A stretch of DNA of 64,000 nucleotides from an uncultured Victivallales bacterium (GTDB lineage: Bacteria; Verrucomicrobiota; Kiritimatiellia; UBA8416): positions 56,697-120,696 of the forward strand of contig CAZNWT010000001.1 in assembly GCA_964576795.1 (NCBI GenBank), read 5' to 3'. Under the pieces are notes generated by a model. It was given only the letters and a program-made list of their open reading frames with translations, had not been told where the DNA came from and did not search any database. Positions 9,475-18,489 of the stretch are shown here, in pieces (position 1 is the stretch's first letter; the number at the start of each line of letters is the position of its first letter). The position numbers and the translations under genes were made by a program.

Positions 9475-9499
9475 TTTTCAGCCCATTCCCGCAGATAAT
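9471..9499 (+). promoter_or_regulatory. Sigma70-like promoter of the hybrid kinase
   Basis: TTGATT, 17-nt spacer, GATAAT; GAGGTG RBS before the ATG at 9526. Confidence 0.55.
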
Positions 9500-9525
9500 C
9501 AACGTTCTAACTTGAGGTGTTTTGT

Positions 9526-11859
9526 ATGAGTACTCTTCAGTCAACAATCCTTTGCATAATGACCGTCACTCTAATTGTGACCGCATTCTGGTCGTGGAGA
9601 GAGGGAAAGAAGAGACGCGTTGAGTTAGCTGCGATCGCAGGCGAACGCGACAGACTCAAGCGAACCGTCGACAGACTCAAGCGCGCCGTCGTGGAAGTAA
9701 AAAACGATCGCGACGCCGCAAGAGAAAGAGCGTCTTGGTTCAGCAAACTCTTCGATAGCGCTCGTGATATGGCGCTTGTATACAGCATTGCCGAAGACGA
9801 AACTCCTTTGCAGATTCTCGCCGTCAACGACTCCACTTGCGAAACGCTTGAATACCGCCGCGAAAAATTGATCGAAATGACGCCTCTGGAAATTGAGACC
9901 GTGCAGGAACCCCTGGTGCATCAACATCAGCACACGAATGTCGAACTCCTCACGCTCTCAAATACAGAAATACTGGCGAGCGAAGGCGTCTTTGTGTCTC
10001 GTGATATACAGAATCTAATCAAACACGTTATGGCTGGGGAAACCGTTGTCCGTGACAGCAGTCTTGTAACCCAATCGGGGCGACGCATTCCAGTTGAGAT
10101 CACGGCACACCGTTTTGGCGAAGACACCGAGCGGATGATTCTATACACCATTCGCGACCTCTCCGAACGCAATAAAGCGGCCCTTGAACTGCGAGCAACC
10201 GAACAACGGTTTAAGGACTTCTTTGCATTCTCTCCCATCGGGACGGCCTCGTACACAGCACAGCGTACACTCATCGACGCCAATCTAGCCTGCCTTCGCA
10301 TCTTCGGAGCTCCAGATCGCAATGAGTTTGGAAAGCTGGACGTGTTTGAAAATCCGTTCCTACCCGCCTCTGTCAAAGATGGCATCAATCGCGGCCAAAC
10401 CGTTAGATGCGAAGTCGTTTTTGATTTTGACGAATTACTTGACTCACGCTCCCTCGTTAGCAGCAGACGTGGAAAAGCATTTTTCGATATCCTGTTTAAC
10501 AACTTAGGCCGCGACCACGAGCACAACCCCCTTGGCTACCTCATACAAGTTCAGGACATCACCGAGTGCCGGGAAGCAGAAGCAGCACTTCAACTCCGTG
10601 AAGCACAGCTTCGTCAGGCTCAGAAAATGGAAGTGATCGGCACAATGGCGTGTGGCATCGCCCACGATTTTAATAATATTCTGACGCCCATTCTGGGGTA
10701 TTCAGACATTGGCATGGAACTCACGCCCCCCGGCGAGCGTATGCATGAATTCATGAAAGAAATCCAAAACGCAACCATGCGGGCAAAAGAACTCGTCCAC
10801 CAAATCCTTGTTTTCAGTCGACAGACCGAGGATGTCCAGCCCCTCATTCACCTCAATTCCATTATCAAAGAGGTTGCAAAACAGCAAGCAGCTGGCCTTT
10901 CAGAGAATATATCCGTGAAACACACCACTAGTGTAAAAGAAGACCTAGTGCTCGCAAACCCAACCCAAATCCATCAAGTCCTGACAAACTTCTGTACCAA
11001 TGCCGCATACGCCATGAAAAAGACTGGCGGCGAGCTCGATATACGTCTGACGCAATTCAACATGGGCTGGAGACATCGCCAGGAGTTCCCGCGACTCAAA
11101 AAGGGGAGTTATCTACGGCTCTCTGTTAAAGATACTGGAGGCGGTATCCCAGACGAAGTACGCGAACGGATCTTCGACCCCTTCTTCTCTACCAAGCCCA
11201 GCGGCGAAGGCACCGGCATGGGGCTCTCGGTGGTACACGAAATTGTCAGTGGTCTCGGTGGCGACATTGCCCTCGACACAAAGGAAGGTGTAGGATCCAC
11301 CTTCCACGTTGCGCTTCCGTTGGCAGATGCACTCCCCGTTGAAGAAGCAACGGTGTGGGAGGCCCCACCCTCAGGAAATGAACGCATTCTATTTGTCGAC
11401 GATGAACAGGGAATCGTCAAGATGGCAACCCATATGCTCACCTCATTGGGCTATGACCCTGTTGTAACCTCAAGTAGCGCCAAGGCTGTTGAGATCTTTC
11501 AAGAAAATCCGAAAAGCTTCGACATTCTGGTAACCGATCAGGTAATGCCAAATCTGACAGGATCCGAACTTGCCATACGCCTCCGCGAAATTCGCCCAGA
11601 CCTACCCGTCGTCATCTGCTCCGGTTTCAGCGGCAAACTCACCACAGAGAAGGTTGAAGAACTCGGCATTAACGAATTTCTCATCAAACCCATCGCAAGA
11701 CAGGAGCTCGGCGAAGCCATTCGTCGGGCACTGGGTCATGATGTTGTAATTCCAAACATACCTCTGGCAGAAGGGTCGTCACTTGAGAATGCGGAATCAG
11801 ATATAGAAACACCCCCCTCAATACCAGAAATCACCGAAACAAAAGCTGAGACCGAATAA
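9526..11859 (+). CDS. Hybrid sensor histidine kinase (TM, coiled coil, PAS, PAS, HisKA, HATPase, receiver)
   Basis: H-box GIAHDFNNIL, N-box QVLTNFCTNA, G boxes DTGGGI / FDPFFSTK / GTGMGLS, receiver motifs FVDDE, VTDQVMP and FLIKP. Confidence 0.93.
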   Translation: MSTLQSTILCIMTVTLIVTAFWSWREGKKRRVELAAIAGERDRLKRTVDRLKRAVVEVKNDRDAARERASWFSKLFDSARDMALVYSIAEDETPLQILAVNDSTCETLEYRREKLIEMTPLEIETVQEPLVHQHQHTNVELLTLSNTEILASEGVFVSRDIQNLIKHVMAGETVVRDSSLVTQSGRRIPVEITAHRFGEDTERMILYTIRDLSERNKAALELRATEQRFKDFFAFSPIGTASYTAQRTLIDANLACLRIFGAPDRNEFGKLDVFENPFLPASVKDGINRGQTVRCEVVFDFDELLDSRSLVSSRRGKAFFDILFNNLGRDHEHNPLGYLIQVQDITECREAEAALQLREAQLRQAQKMEVIGTMACGIAHDFNNILTPILGYSDIGMELTPPGERMHEFMKEIQNATMRAKELVHQILVFSRQTEDVQPLIHLNSIIKEVAKQQAAGLSENISVKHTTSVKEDLVLANPTQIHQVLTNFCTNAAYAMKKTGGELDIRLTQFNMGWRHRQEFPRLKKGSYLRLSVKDTGGGIPDEVRERIFDPFFSTKPSGEGTGMGLSVVHEIVSGLGGDIALDTKEGVGSTFHVALPLADALPVEEATVWEAPPSGNERILFVDDEQGIVKMATHMLTSLGYDPVVTSSSAKAVEIFQENPKSFDILVTDQVMPNLTGSELAIRLREIRPDLPVVICSGFSGKLTTEKVEELGINEFLIKPIARQELGEAIRRALGHDVVIPNIPLAEGSSLENAESDIETPPSIPEITETKAETE

Positions 11860-11875
11860 TAGGCACCGTCAACGC

Positions 11876-11994
11876 TAGAGCGGTTTCAGTAAATCTATAG
11901 CCGCACACAAATTCCTCGTCTTATCTGCATCACGATTAAGACAAAGATTATGGCAAAGACAAAGGAGCAGAATGGCTACACCGACACTTAAAAC
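11876..11994 (+). mobile_element. MITE-like miniature element, copy 1
   Basis: Left end TAGAGCGGTTTCAGT. The body aligns by eye with 37134-37279 (TAAATCTATAGCCGCA..., AAAGACAAAGGAGCAGAA, CACTTAAAAC). Confidence 0.7.
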
Positions 11995-12021
11995 TGGCAC
12001 GCGGTCTGACAACGTACAGGC

Positions 12022-12330
12022 TTAGAGCACCATCAACAGGCGCCCGACAACCCACCAGGTGCAAACGGCAACAAACAGAAGCCTCAGGCGACGCCGGTTT
12101 CGCGCCACTCGCATCTCACGACGAACAGGCAATGCCGAAGCATAGTTTCTGCGCAACAGACACGTTGCAACCTGGTCACTTTGAGCAAAGCGGCCTCGAC
12201 GCTGTTTGGAGTCCGCGAGAATATTCGCCCGCGAAACATCTCGAATCGAGGAAAATCGAGAGATATCCCGTTGAATCAAGGGCATCGACTGACGACGATT
12301 GCGCCACCACATTCTAATATTTACAGCCAT
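12022..12330 (-). CDS. Small basic hypothetical protein with a C-terminal hydrophobic helix
   Basis: ATG 8 nt after the upstream stop with a GGGA RBS; Arg-rich, ends in LLFVAVCTWWVVGRLLMVL. Confidence 0.55.
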   Translation of the reverse strand: MAVNIRMWWRNRRQSMPLIQRDISRFSSIRDVSRANILADSKQRRGRFAQSDQVATCLLRRNYASALPVRREMRVARNRRRLRLLFVAVCTWWVVGRLLMVL

Positions 12331-12338
12331 ATCCCTTG

Positions 12339-13007
12339 CTATCCAAAGACACCCATACTCCACAAATAACCAGCAAGCAGTAGCATCAGAACCACGATGA
12401 CTGGAAGCGAAACGGCGATTCCTACCTTCAGCCAGAAGAAGAAACCCTTATTCACCAGAGCATTACGCCCCGCCTCTTCCAACGTGGAAAGTTGAGCCTG
12501 CCCCCCACCCCCCTTTTGCCAGCTTTCGGCATCCACCTTGGCAATCGCCTTGCTATACTCCATCCGAGCATTCTCGATGAGGGCCAAGGCTTTATCCAAC
12601 TCTTCCTCAAAATCACCGTTGCCCCAACGCTCCTCTTTAATATCTCGAATCTCGGCCAGCATATCTTTAAAACGGGCACGGGATGCAGAAAGCAACTCCA
12701 CCATCCGAGTGGCAAGCACTTCATCCTTTTCCATAAGAATGATATTACGAGAGAGATTCTCAATAATGTTCTTCTTGCTGCGCTCGTACTCATCCTGCTT
12801 GCGATTGAGCTCCTCAAGAGACGTCTTTTCATGCTCAAGCTCATCTTGTCGCATCCGCAGACGTTCAATCTCTTCAGCCGTATCAGCAACCTGATGCGTG
12901 AGCTGCTCCTTCTGTCGCGCCATGCGCGTCACAGAGGTCTCCGCCAGGGCCTGCTCACCAGATTCCACAGTACGGGACAAATCATCATCAAAAAAATCAG
13001 TACTCAT
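12339..13007 (-). CDS. Coiled-coil protein with a C-terminal transmembrane anchor
   Basis: Long E/K/R/L heptad-rich body, hydrophobic FWLKVGIAVSLPVIVVLMLLLAGYLW tail; GGGAG RBS. Confidence 0.8.
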   Translation of the reverse strand: MSTDFFDDDLSRTVESGEQALAETSVTRMARQKEQLTHQVADTAEEIERLRMRQDELEHEKTSLEELNRKQDEYERSKKNIIENLSRNIILMEKDEVLATRMVELLSASRARFKDMLAEIRDIKEERWGNGDFEEELDKALALIENARMEYSKAIAKVDAESWQKGGGGQAQLSTLEEAGRNALVNKGFFFWLKVGIAVSLPVIVVLMLLLAGYLWSMGVFG

Positions 13008-13093
13008 TACTCACTCCCCTCCCCCGCAAAAGGGCTATCGTTCTCATAGGACCAAACGTTTCATACCCACATCAGCATCCAACACGCAAACCA

Positions 13094-14029
13094 CTACGGA
13101 ATCACCAATAGCTGACCCACTTTTACATTCACAGAATCTCCCATCGTTTCACGATTGGCATTTTGGATTCTCCGCCATTGCGTGGCATCCCCATAAACCT
13201 TATAGGCAATTTTAGACAGAGAGTCACCAAGACGCACAGTATACGTTCGCACCAGACTCTCATCCTCGGCAGGGACCACCGCGTCTCTGGGGTTCGCAGC
13301 CCGAACGGGAGCGCTTTTTCGATTTGTTACAAGCGGTCTCTCAGACGGATCAGAAATGCTCCCCGAAAGCGGTTGACGCACTGTCGCGGGGGGACTGACA
13401 ACGGCTGCTCTCACGGGAGACCTAACATCATCTGGGACAACGTCCGGTTTTTGGGGAGACGGCAAGACGTCTGACGATACCGAAACGCCATCCGCACCGA
13501 CAACTTCTGCTTTATACCGTTGCCTTTCCAACTCACGAAGGTCATTCAAGTCTTTTTCTAATGCTTCAATACGGCTAACTAGAGATGCATTCTTCTCTTT
13601 GAGGGCGCTGTTCTCAGATGTCAGATCACTCACCGACACACCCGCAGCGGCTCCGGACACCGTATGTAGCCCCACAAATTCCCGTTCTGCCTGCCGGATA
13701 CGATCTTTAATCATCACGCCCTTTTCGGTGCCCGGTCGAAGCTCAAGATAGCGCGAATAATGATAAATCGCACGGACATAGTCCTGCTTTTGATCCTGCA
13801 ATAACAACGCCAGATCCAAATGAGGACGCGCCAAGTTGGGGTATGATTCTAACGCCTTTTCAAACAACGCAATGGCGGAATCATTGTCACCTTGATTCGA
13901 CATTTCATAGGCCTTGGTCACAATACGGTAATTCCGCTCACGCTCATCCATTCGTGCCGTGCGGTCGCAACCCACCATCACAACGGCAAAACTGAGAACC
14001 AACCAAAAACGGCAAGTTATAATTTTCAT
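13094..14029 (-). CDS. Lipoprotein with TPR, coiled-coil and C-terminal LysM domains
   Basis: Signal peptide ending VMVGC (lipobox-like), TPR-like helices, LysM YTVRLGDSLSKIAYKVYG..VGQLLVIP. Confidence 0.88.
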   Translation of the reverse strand: MKIITCRFWLVLSFAVVMVGCDRTARMDERERNYRIVTKAYEMSNQGDNDSAIALFEKALESYPNLARPHLDLALLLQDQKQDYVRAIYHYSRYLELRPGTEKGVMIKDRIRQAEREFVGLHTVSGAAAGVSVSDLTSENSALKEKNASLVSRIEALEKDLNDLRELERQRYKAEVVGADGVSVSSDVLPSPQKPDVVPDDVRSPVRAAVVSPPATVRQPLSGSISDPSERPLVTNRKSAPVRAANPRDAVVPAEDESLVRTYTVRLGDSLSKIAYKVYGDATQWRRIQNANRETMGDSVNVKVGQLLVIP

Positions 14030-14097
14030 AATCACAGATATATGTATACGCCGACAACTACAAGAAAGCAATTGGAGCTTTCTGCGATGTTAAGGAG

Positions 14098-14126
14098 TTG
14101 ACACTCCCTTCCTCGTTTCCTAGTGT
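14098..14126 (+). promoter_or_regulatory. Sigma70 promoter of rpsU
   Basis: TTGACA, 17-nt spacer, TAGTGT. Confidence 0.65.
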
Positions 14127-14201
14127 TCCGAACCACAACTAGACCGAAGGGTAACAGGTGCACGGCACTGCCCGGGTCTCGAAGGGATGGTGATAGTTAC
14201 A

Positions 14202-14384
14202 ATGATTCAAGTAAGACTGAAGAAGGGCGAACCCGTAGAGCGGGCGCTTCGCCGACTGAAGAAAATCCTGGATAAGGAAGGCATGATGAAGCAGCTTCGC
14301 GCCGACCGCTACTATGAGAAGCCAAGTGAGCAACGCCGCCGCAAAGCCGCTCGTGCACGATCCCGGGCTCTTTCCGATAAATAG
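14202..14384 (+). CDS. rpsU: 30S ribosomal protein S21
   Basis: GEPVERALRRLKK..EG..RYYEKPSEQRRRK. Confidence 0.95.
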   Translation: MIQVRLKKGEPVERALRRLKKILDKEGMMKQLRADRYYEKPSEQRRRKAARARSRALSDK

Positions 14385-14406
14385 TAACATCAATCCGACA
14401 TAACCG

Positions 14407-14440
14407 AAGCTCCCTCGCCATGCGCGGGAGCTTTGTCATT
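14407..14440 (+). terminator. Intrinsic terminator-like hairpin after rpsU
   Basis: Stem AAGCTCCC / GGGAGCTT followed by TGTCATTT. Confidence 0.6.
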
Positions 14441-14443
14441 TCT

Positions 14444-15370
14444 ATGGAATTTTCGCTATCAACGCGATGGAACACGTACCGCCACAAAAGTGGCGAGGCC
14501 CTTGTCGATGAAATTCTGGCACTAGGAATCTCTAGCATTGAACTTGGGTACGACCTGAGACAGGACCTCGTTACTGGAGTAAGATCATGTCTTAATACCA
14601 AACAGATTTCCTGTTCCAGTGTCCACAACTACTGCCCAATCCCAGTCGGAGCCCCTCAGGGACATCCGGAACTGTTTTCGCTGAGCAGCCTTGACGAACG
14701 GGAGCGGGAAAGTGCCGTTCGCCATACCAGCTACACCATTGCATTCGCCGCACAGGTCGGAGCTAAAGCCGTCGTCGCACACGTCGGAAATGTCCACACT
14801 CGTCACCGGACCCGCAAATTGATCGCGCTTGCCGAAGCGGGAAAACAACACGACGCCAAATACGAAAAAATCAAACTGAAGCTGCTTATGGAACGCAGCA
14901 AAAAAGCACCTCAGCATCTGGATCAACTTTACCGATCGCTTGAAGACCTCTTACCCTTTCTGGAAGATGCTGGAGTTCCATTGGCTATCGAAAATCTCCC
15001 CTCTTGGGAATCCATTCCTACAGAAAATGAGATGGAGGCCACTCTAACGAAGTTCGATTCACCATGGATCCGCTATTGGCATGATATGGGACACGGTCAG
15101 GTTCGCCAAAATTTAGGGCTCATCAGCCACCTCCGGTGGGTCAACAAACTCGCGCCCTATCTCGCAGGTATGCATATTCACGATGTACTGCCCCCGGCAA
15201 ATGACCACCTGATGCCACCCCGCGGTAATATAAACTTTTCGGACTTCAGAAATGTGGCAAAACATGCCAAACTTTGGGTCCTTGAGCCATGTCCCGGGAC
15301 CCCTAGGGAACATGTTATAGACGGACTCAAGCATCTGCAGTCGATATGGAGTGATTTATGCGAATCTTAG
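14444..15370 (+). CDS. Sugar phosphate isomerase/epimerase, xylose isomerase-like TIM barrel
   Basis: IELG, SVHN, LAIENLP, WHDMGH, MHIHD and LEP metal-ligand motifs. Confidence 0.85.
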   Translation: MEFSLSTRWNTYRHKSGEALVDEILALGISSIELGYDLRQDLVTGVRSCLNTKQISCSSVHNYCPIPVGAPQGHPELFSLSSLDERERESAVRHTSYTIAFAAQVGAKAVVAHVGNVHTRHRTRKLIALAEAGKQHDAKYEKIKLKLLMERSKKAPQHLDQLYRSLEDLLPFLEDAGVPLAIENLPSWESIPTENEMEATLTKFDSPWIRYWHDMGHGQVRQNLGLISHLRWVNKLAPYLAGMHIHDVLPPANDHLMPPRGNINFSDFRNVAKHAKLWVLEPCPGTPREHVIDGLKHLQSIWSDLCES

Positions 15371-16275
15371 TCACAGGCGTCGCTGGCTTTGTCGGACACT
15401 TTCTGGCAGACGAATTGAATGCAGCTGGCCATGATGTCATAGGCATTGATCTGGCCCTCAACAACTGCCCAAGTGTTCTCAAAGACGCGCTTTGCTCCGA
15501 CCTAACCAGCGCCCAAAGCGTCCACGATGCCGTCTCGTCACTTCAACCCGAAGCGTGCATTCACCTAGGTGGTATTGCATCCCCCCCCATCGGACGGACA
15601 AACCCGGAACTGATGCTCAACACAAACATTCTCGGAACGGCTCACATTCTTGAAGCGCTTCGAACCAATGCCCCGAAGACACGGATGCTCTTGGCATCAA
15701 CCTCATACGTATACGGGAATTCGGAGACTGAAAAGCCCATTACTGAAGATGCGCCCTTGAGCCCCATTGACATCTATGCGGTGTCTAAAGCAGCGGCGGA
15801 CATGATGACGCTAGCGTATGCTCGCGATTATCAGATGCACACCATGACGGCCCGTGTTGCCAACCACACCGGACCTGGACAGTCTACCGATTTTGTCGTT
15901 CCCGCATTTGCGCACCAGATCAAGGCCATCTCTCGGGGAGAACAACCCGCCTCCGTGCGCGTCGGCAATCTTGATAGCGAGCGAACCTTTATGGATGTCC
16001 GGGATGTCGTCCGCGCCTATCGACTATTGATTGAGCGGGGCGAACGGGGACTGGCCTATAATGTGGCAGCGACAAAACGCGTTTCCATCCGCTGGATCCT
16101 CAATGCGCTCTGCAAGGCGGCTGGCATATCTCCTACCATCGAAACAGATCCAGAACGCTATCGCCCCACTGACCGAACACCACTTCTCACCTCAATACGT
16201 ATGTTCGAAACTACCGGCTGGCAACCCGAAATTCAATTCGAAAAAACACTATCCGATATCCTAGAACAGGCCTAA
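15358..16275 (+). CDS. GDP-mannose 4,6-dehydratase / GDP-4-keto-6-deoxymannose reductase (Rmd)-like extended SDR
   Basis: TGVAGFVG, YAVSK, NHTGPGQ, VGNLDSERTFMDVRDVVRAY and DPERYRPTD. Confidence 0.85.
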   Translation: MRILVTGVAGFVGHFLADELNAAGHDVIGIDLALNNCPSVLKDALCSDLTSAQSVHDAVSSLQPEACIHLGGIASPPIGRTNPELMLNTNILGTAHILEALRTNAPKTRMLLASTSYVYGNSETEKPITEDAPLSPIDIYAVSKAAADMMTLAYARDYQMHTMTARVANHTGPGQSTDFVVPAFAHQIKAISRGEQPASVRVGNLDSERTFMDVRDVVRAYRLLIERGERGLAYNVAATKRVSIRWILNALCKAAGISPTIETDPERYRPTDRTPLLTSIRMFETTGWQPEIQFEKTLSDILEQA

Positions 16276-16279
16276 CCTT

Positions 16280-17350
16280 ATGAAAAATCGGCTGGTTTCT
16301 ATCCTGCAACTCGCCCTAGGAATCGGCTTGATTGTGTTTCTCTATCTTCGCATGGAGAATAAAGACGATCTATTCAGCGCATTACAGGCAATTGCAACAC
16401 ATTGGCCCTATTGGGTTGGTGCCATCCTACCCTTCCTCGGATGCATCCTCCTCTGTACATGGCGGTGGCGTATAATTCTAGCGGCTCACGACATGCACCT
16501 GCCATTCTGGCGAACCCTAGAACTCTACTTCATAGGACAATTCTTCAATGCCTTTATGTTCGGTTCAATCGGTGGAGACTTGGTAAAGGTGTTTTTTGTT
16601 GCAAAAGCGTTTCCGCACAAGCGCACGGAAGCCGTCACGACCGTCTTTATCGACCGCCTCATGGGATTGCTAGCACTCGTTACACTCATCGGAGTCATTC
16701 TCGCCATCCGCTTCCGCTTTTTTCTGCGCTATCCAGAAACGCGCGCAGTCATGGCTTTTATGATAGCCTGTCTACTCACAACAACAGTGGGGCTCATCGT
16801 CGTATTCCGACAGAATGTTTTCGAACATTGGGCTTTCTTTCGGCGACTGGAACAGAACACCGCTCTCGGAAAGACGATCCGGCGCGTCTACGATGCGTTT
16901 CACACCTGCCTCACGCATCGCGGTCTACTCATAAAGGTCCTTATTCTATCGATGGTAAGTCACATTGCAATCATCGTCGCCGCACTCCTGCTCGGGCTCG
17001 GTCTGAATATCCGCACCGTGCAATCACCTCCCTACCTCAGTCCCCTGACTACAGAACTCCGAACTCCAATCCATCTCGCCGCCGAATTTGGAAACTACCT
17101 GACCGTATTTCCAATCGTAAATGGAATTGCAGCCATTCCCGCCACCCCCGGAGGTCTTGGTACCCGCGAGTACGCCACTCAGTTTCTCCTCGGCGTTCCC
17201 GAGTTCAACGTCCCAGCCACCCGCGCCATCCCCCTCTCACTACTGCTCTACGCCACCACCCTTTTCTGGAGCCTGGTAGGAGGAGTTGTCTACGGAGTCC
17301 ACACGCTCAGGACAGGCAAACCCATTGCCTTGCCAAACATACAGGGCTAA
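16280..17350 (+). CDS. Lysylphosphatidylglycerol synthase TM-domain / flippase-like membrane protein (UPF0104)
   Basis: Multiple TM helices, RWRIIL, GQFFN..GSIGGDLVK, IPATPGGLGTRE. Confidence 0.85.
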   Translation: MKNRLVSILQLALGIGLIVFLYLRMENKDDLFSALQAIATHWPYWVGAILPFLGCILLCTWRWRIILAAHDMHLPFWRTLELYFIGQFFNAFMFGSIGGDLVKVFFVAKAFPHKRTEAVTTVFIDRLMGLLALVTLIGVILAIRFRFFLRYPETRAVMAFMIACLLTTTVGLIVVFRQNVFEHWAFFRRLEQNTALGKTIRRVYDAFHTCLTHRGLLIKVLILSMVSHIAIIVAALLLGLGLNIRTVQSPPYLSPLTTELRTPIHLAAEFGNYLTVFPIVNGIAAIPATPGGLGTREYATQFLLGVPEFNVPATRAIPLSLLLYATTLFWSLVGGVVYGVHTLRTGKPIALPNIQG

Positions 17351-17464
17351 TACTATTTTCAGTTTGGTTTTGGTGAACAGTTGCTCTCATATTCGTAGTA
17401 TTTTTCATCCTTACTTCCGAACACCAATAATTCTATATATCCATGTATATCGGAAACAGGAGTT

Positions 17465-18431
17465 TTGCATATGCATGGTTACATCGAAAGATCAGCAGAC
17501 AGTCTGGTAGCAAAGAACCTAGCCCAATCACCAGGGGTTGCCATACTGGGGCCACGACAGTGCGGAAAATCAACCCTAGCCAAACAACACCTACAGAGAA
17601 ATGAGTCAATTTATCTAGATCTTCAGGCAAGAGGTGATCTCGCAAAACTTTCAGAGCCTGAGCTGTTTTTCGATGAACATCACTTGCAACTTGTCTGTTT
17701 GGGTGAAATCCAACGCATTCCCGAATTCTTCAGTATATTGCGCTCCGAAGTAGATCGCGACCGTCGCCCTGGACGCTTTTTGATTCTGGGATCGGCATCA
17801 AGGGATCTCATCAGACAATCAAATGAAAGTCTCGCCGGCAGAATCTCCTTTATTGAACTGACTCCTTTTCAGTGGCCAGAGGTATCAGTGAAGTGCTCTT
17901 TAGCTCAGCTATGGAACCGCGGAGAGTTTCCCTAAAGTCTGCTCAGTACTGATGATGTGGACAGTTTGGATTGGCGGCGTGACTTCACGCAGATCTTCCT
18001 TGAGCGAGACATCCCAGCTATGGGATTTTTTATTCCAATGCCAGTGATGCATCGGCTCTGGCGACTGCTTGCACACTACCATGGCCAGACCGTGAATTAT
18101 AAAAAACTGGCGAGAGCCGCTGATCTTTCGGTGCAGACATTGAAGAAGTATCTGGCCCTTTTAGAGCAGATTTTCATGATACGCCTATTGCCTCCTTGTG
18201 AAGAGAACCTCAAATGGTGCGGAGATTGACCTTATTCTTGAGCGCGGTCGCTCACGCAAAGTTTTTGAATTCAAAGCCTCCAAGGCCCCAAAACATTCAC
18301 GCGGCTTTTTCGAACTGCTGGGAGACCTATCTCCAGAGTCAGCATCTGTGGTGGCTCCGGTGGATGAAAGCTATCAAGGTGACACGGAATGGAAGGTTCA
18401 GACACTGCTTGATGCCTGCACGTCCTCTTAA
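17465..18431 (+). pseudogene. AAA+ ATPase with DUF4143 domain, disrupted by a nonsense codon and an internal deletion/frameshift
   Basis: Walker A GPRQCGKST, degenerate Walker B LGEIQ, ILGSAS, LAGRI. In-frame TAA at 17933-17935 inside the RGEFP motif; frame switch at 18203-18215 from ENLK to RTSNGAEIDL. Confidence 0.88.
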
Positions 18432-18489
18432 TGCCGTATCTGTTCCCGCTAAATTCCGTGCGCCTCTCTGAGGCGAACACTACCCCCCC

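Noticed and set aside
14420-14443. Upstream ATG for the TIM-barrel gene at 14420
   Set aside because: It lies in the loop of the rpsU terminator hairpin; the ATG at 14444 fits better.
16402-17376. 324-aa alternative-frame ORF overlapping the flippase gene
   Set aside because: Fully overlaps a well-supported gene; Arg/Ser/His/Pro-rich composition typical of a shadow frame; no motifs.
17933-17935. Programmed stop-codon readthrough or recoding in the AAA ATPase
   Set aside because: The codon is TAA rather than TGA or TAG, and the gene has a second independent lesion, so decay is simpler.
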